Position numbers and translations under genes: made by a program
The notes under the pieces: generated by a model
Told to the model about the DNA's origin: nothing
The model's input: the letters and a program-made list of their open reading frames with translations, nothing else
The model's database searches: none
Part shown: positions 12,815 to 15,242 of the stretch, one piece after another
Numbering within the stretch: position 1 is the stretch's first letter
Layout: each line of letters opens with the position of its first letter
IMG/VR virus record: IMGVR_UViG_3300027808_002177
Location: 1-15,242 of that record
Length of the DNA stretch: 15,242 nt
Strand: one strand, 5' to 3'
DNA from: a virus
Taxonomy: Duplodnaviria > Heunggongvirae > Uroviricota > Caudoviricetes

Positions 12815-15242
12815 TTATGAAAACACATCATCCAGAAATCCTCTATCTTTACTTAGATTTAGGTCCCAATGAAGTACACCCAAAAGGTTCTCAATCTTAG
12901 AGTCAATGATCTTTTCTTCCATTGCTCCATGATCAAACGGTAATTGCTTGAACCAATCTGGTAGATTCATCTCGTCGATTGGATAAGCAATTGAATTAAT
13001 TTGCATTGGATTATTCTTTAGTTTACACACAATGGCTTTCTGTCCATCTGTAATGTCCATACTACGTCTGTCACCAAATGCTTCTTTGATACGGTTCCAA
13101 TTAATAGCTGCCATAGCATGGCCAACTCCGCACTTACCTGTTTTTGTATAAACAGCAGTATGTTTAGTTAGGTTGTTTACACGCTTAGGTGTACCCTTTT
13201 CCCAACCTGGGCGACTTTTAAATTCTTCCCGGAACTGCTTGACGCGAGCCATAACAGTTTCCATACTACCACCTTCCAGTGTCATAGTAAGTGCTTCTTC
13301 TAAGAACTTTTGCATAAACTCGGGAGTATCTGCTCGCTTCATATCTAGACCCATGGCTTTCAATTCGCCCTTAGATCCATCCTTATCTTTGCGCTTGCCT
13401 TCCTTGTCTGTGATAAGAACAGCATAACGCTTCTTGGTCATAAAGATGCCCTTGGATGCAACTACTTCTCGACCAGCTTTGATAATCTCACCTTGGTTAG
13501 CCGGAGCGTTGAACGCACTATTCATAAACGCCGGGAAGGTATCGTTCACTTGATCAGAGATAGCATCATATAGCTCAATAATCTTATCAACGGTCCAGTC
13601 AATCTCTCCACGCTCAATTTGTTCTTTGAATACAGGAACCGCACTAAAGTAAACAGAGTCAGTGTCACCGTAAATGATAGCCTTGCCCATATGGTCATGT
13701 TCACCAGTTAAGCAATCGTTAACTTGACTTGCCATATGACGTGCAACAAGACGTCCGCATAGTGTAGTACTCTGTCCTAGTCGTTGATCAAAGAATCGAC
13801 TGCCTGCATTCAACAACGCACCATAAGCACTGTTCAAGTTAATCTTCTTAACTAGCTGTCGCTTGTCCCAGAAGTCAAACATATCTGTGCCATAGGCTTC
13901 TTTGGCCTTGGCCTGTAACACTTTACGCTCGGCATACCAACGCTCTAGTAGACCAGGAATAACACCCTTGGTATCGTATTTGAAAATAGTACCATTGCCC
14001 GAGATCATCAATGGTTGGCCACCATGGAACACGTAGTCGTACACTTGAGCTGCACTCATTTGTGTACTGGTGCCATCTGTCCAGTCAATATGTTCTGTTT
14101 GTCCAATGTCACGTGCCATCACTGACTCGTATTCAAAGCAAGCAAACTTGCCCTCCCAGAAATCAGCAATGCCTTTACCTTCAGCAATAAACTCGTCAAT
14201 GCCTGCCAGTGTTCGAGTTTGTCTAACTTGGCCAATGATAGTTTCTGGACTCATGTTCAACGCTCGAATCAACGATGGATACAGCGAGTTAATGTCCATG
14301 CTGCCAATCCACTCATGCATACCTGCTTTAGGTACAGCAACATAGGCACCAGCGGCTGCATTGTCTTTGGCATCTTCACTGCGTCGAGGACGGTCGGGAA
14401 CAACCATGTTAAGGCTATGAGCTTCGTTGATAACTGCTTGATCTGTGACTGCAACTGCACCCAGTGTGGCTCTAAGTCCTACCGTGTTAGCATGGCTAAT
14501 CAGATTGGTAAGCTCAATAAACTTCAACTTATCGTCCAGCTTCTTTAACAGCAATACGTCTTGTCTGTTGTAAGCAATAAACTTTTCAAAGTCATTGTTG
14601 TATAGCTGATCCAGTGTGCCTTCGTAGTGGATTTTGTTTTCGCCAAGTTCAATCTCACCAACATAGTCCAGTCGATAACTTGGCAGTTCGTGATAGTTGT
14701 ACTTGCGATACAGTTCAAGATAGTCAAGGTGAACACGACCAACAGGGTCATATGTTTCCAAAGCCTTACCATACTTTTCAAACTCGCGGCGCTTGGGATA
14801 TTGGTCCCACAAGCAAATACGGCGAGTCTGCTCTTTACCTAACACTCGTGTAATACGATTGGTAGTGTATGGAATATCAAAGCCCTCAGAGTTCCAGCCG
14901 CTTAATACGTCAGCATCATCAATCAGCTCAAGCCACATGTCCAGCATTTGCTTTTCATTGTCGCATAAGATTGTGTTTTCAAACTTGGCGCAAATCTCTT
15001 TGGCCACTGCTTCAGTCATACCATCAGGCTTTAGGCACAATGTAATGTTGACATCCATCCACATTAGATAAGTGGTAATGGCTGTAATGTAGTTGAATGG
15101 ATCGCTTGGTGGAGCAAATCCTTTTACTTTGTCGTATGAAACTTCAATGTCAAAAAATGCTACATGAAGATCAGGACCATCTTGCCCACCATACACTTCT
15201 TCAAGACAACGGTTAAGCGGTTTGTAATCGCTTTCACATAGC
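12815..15242 (-). CDS. Family B DNA polymerase (T4 gp43-like), 5'-partial
   Basis: ExoI FFDIEV, ExoII WNSEGFDIPY, ExoIII YNRQDV, motif A MDINSLYPS, motif B KINLNSAYG and motif C YGDTDS. The frame stays open upstream of GTG 15196 (LCESDYKPLNRCLEEV) to the window edge. Confidence 0.97.
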   Translation of the reverse strand, partial: LCESDYKPLNRCLEEVYGGQDGPDLHVAFFDIEVSYDKVKGFAPPSDPFNYITAITTYLMWMDVNITLCLKPDGMTEAVAKEICAKFENTILCDNEKQMLDMWLELIDDADVLSGWNSEGFDIPYTTNRITRVLGKEQTRRICLWDQYPKRREFEKYGKALETYDPVGRVHLDYLELYRKYNYHELPSYRLDYVGEIELGENKIHYEGTLDQLYNNDFEKFIAYNRQDVLLLKKLDDKLKFIELTNLISHANTVGLRATLGAVAVTDQAVINEAHSLNMVVPDRPRRSEDAKDNAAAGAYVAVPKAGMHEWIGSMDINSLYPSLIRALNMSPETIIGQVRQTRTLAGIDEFIAEGKGIADFWEGKFACFEYESVMARDIGQTEHIDWTDGTSTQMSAAQVYDYVFHGGQPLMISGNGTIFKYDTKGVIPGLLERWYAERKVLQAKAKEAYGTDMFDFWDKRQLVKKINLNSAYGALLNAGSRFFDQRLGQSTTLCGRLVARHMASQVNDCLTGEHDHMGKAIIYGDTDSVYFSAVPVFKEQIERGEIDWTVDKIIELYDAISDQVNDTFPAFMNSAFNAPANQGEIIKAGREVVASKGIFMTKKRYAVLITDKEGKRKDKDGSKGELKAMGLDMKRADTPEFMQKFLEEALTMTLEGGSMETVMARVKQFREEFKSRPGWEKGTPKRVNNLTKHTAVYTKTGKCGVGHAMAAINWNRIKEAFGDRRSMDITDGQKAIVCKLKNNPMQINSIAYPIDEMNLPDWFKQLPFDHGAMEEKIIDSKIENLLGVLHWDLNLSKDRGFLDDVFS

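Noticed and set aside
12815-15242. Intein or intron in the DNA polymerase
   Set aside because: All exonuclease and polymerase motifs are in one frame at ordinary spacing. There are no intein terminal signatures or homing-endonuclease motifs.
1-15242. tRNA genes, CRISPR arrays, IS elements
   Set aside because: The only intergenic gaps are under about 80 nt and are accounted for by promoters, RBSs and a terminator. No cloverleaf, repeat-spacer array or transposase was seen.

Overview
This is a densely packed fragment of a large dsDNA phage genome. Every credible gene is on the minus strand, many coupled by ATGA/TAATG overlaps. In transcription order (right to left), a 5'-truncated family B DNA polymerase (T4 gp43-type) is followed by three apparent transcription units, each starting at a sigma70-like promoter. 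Unit 1: gp45-like sliding clamp, TGT-fold guanine transglycosylase (DpdA-like), 176-aa unknown, 65-aa unknown, QueD-like T-fold protein with an LxxxHRHxF motif (DpdL-like), R/N-rich unknown, terminator. Unit 2: GT-B glycosyltransferase, GalE, cupin, cytidylyltransferase, PGDYG-like protein, a 54-aa CDGSH-like Fe-S protein missing from the ORF track, glutaredoxin, unknown. Unit 3: FolE, unknown, purine phosphoribosyltransferase, unknown, 7Fe ferredoxin, putative Fe(II)/2OG oxygenase, short UDP-glucose dehydrogenase, unknown, and a metallophosphoesterase running off the left edge. The main hypothesis (inference) is a 7-deazaguanine DNA-modification system interleaved with a nucleotide-sugar/glycosyltransferase module, possibly making a glycosylated deazaguanine. 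Canonical QueD, QueE and QueC are not in this window. No tRNA, CRISPR array or mobile element was seen. Family calls come from motif recognition by eye; no database searches were run.
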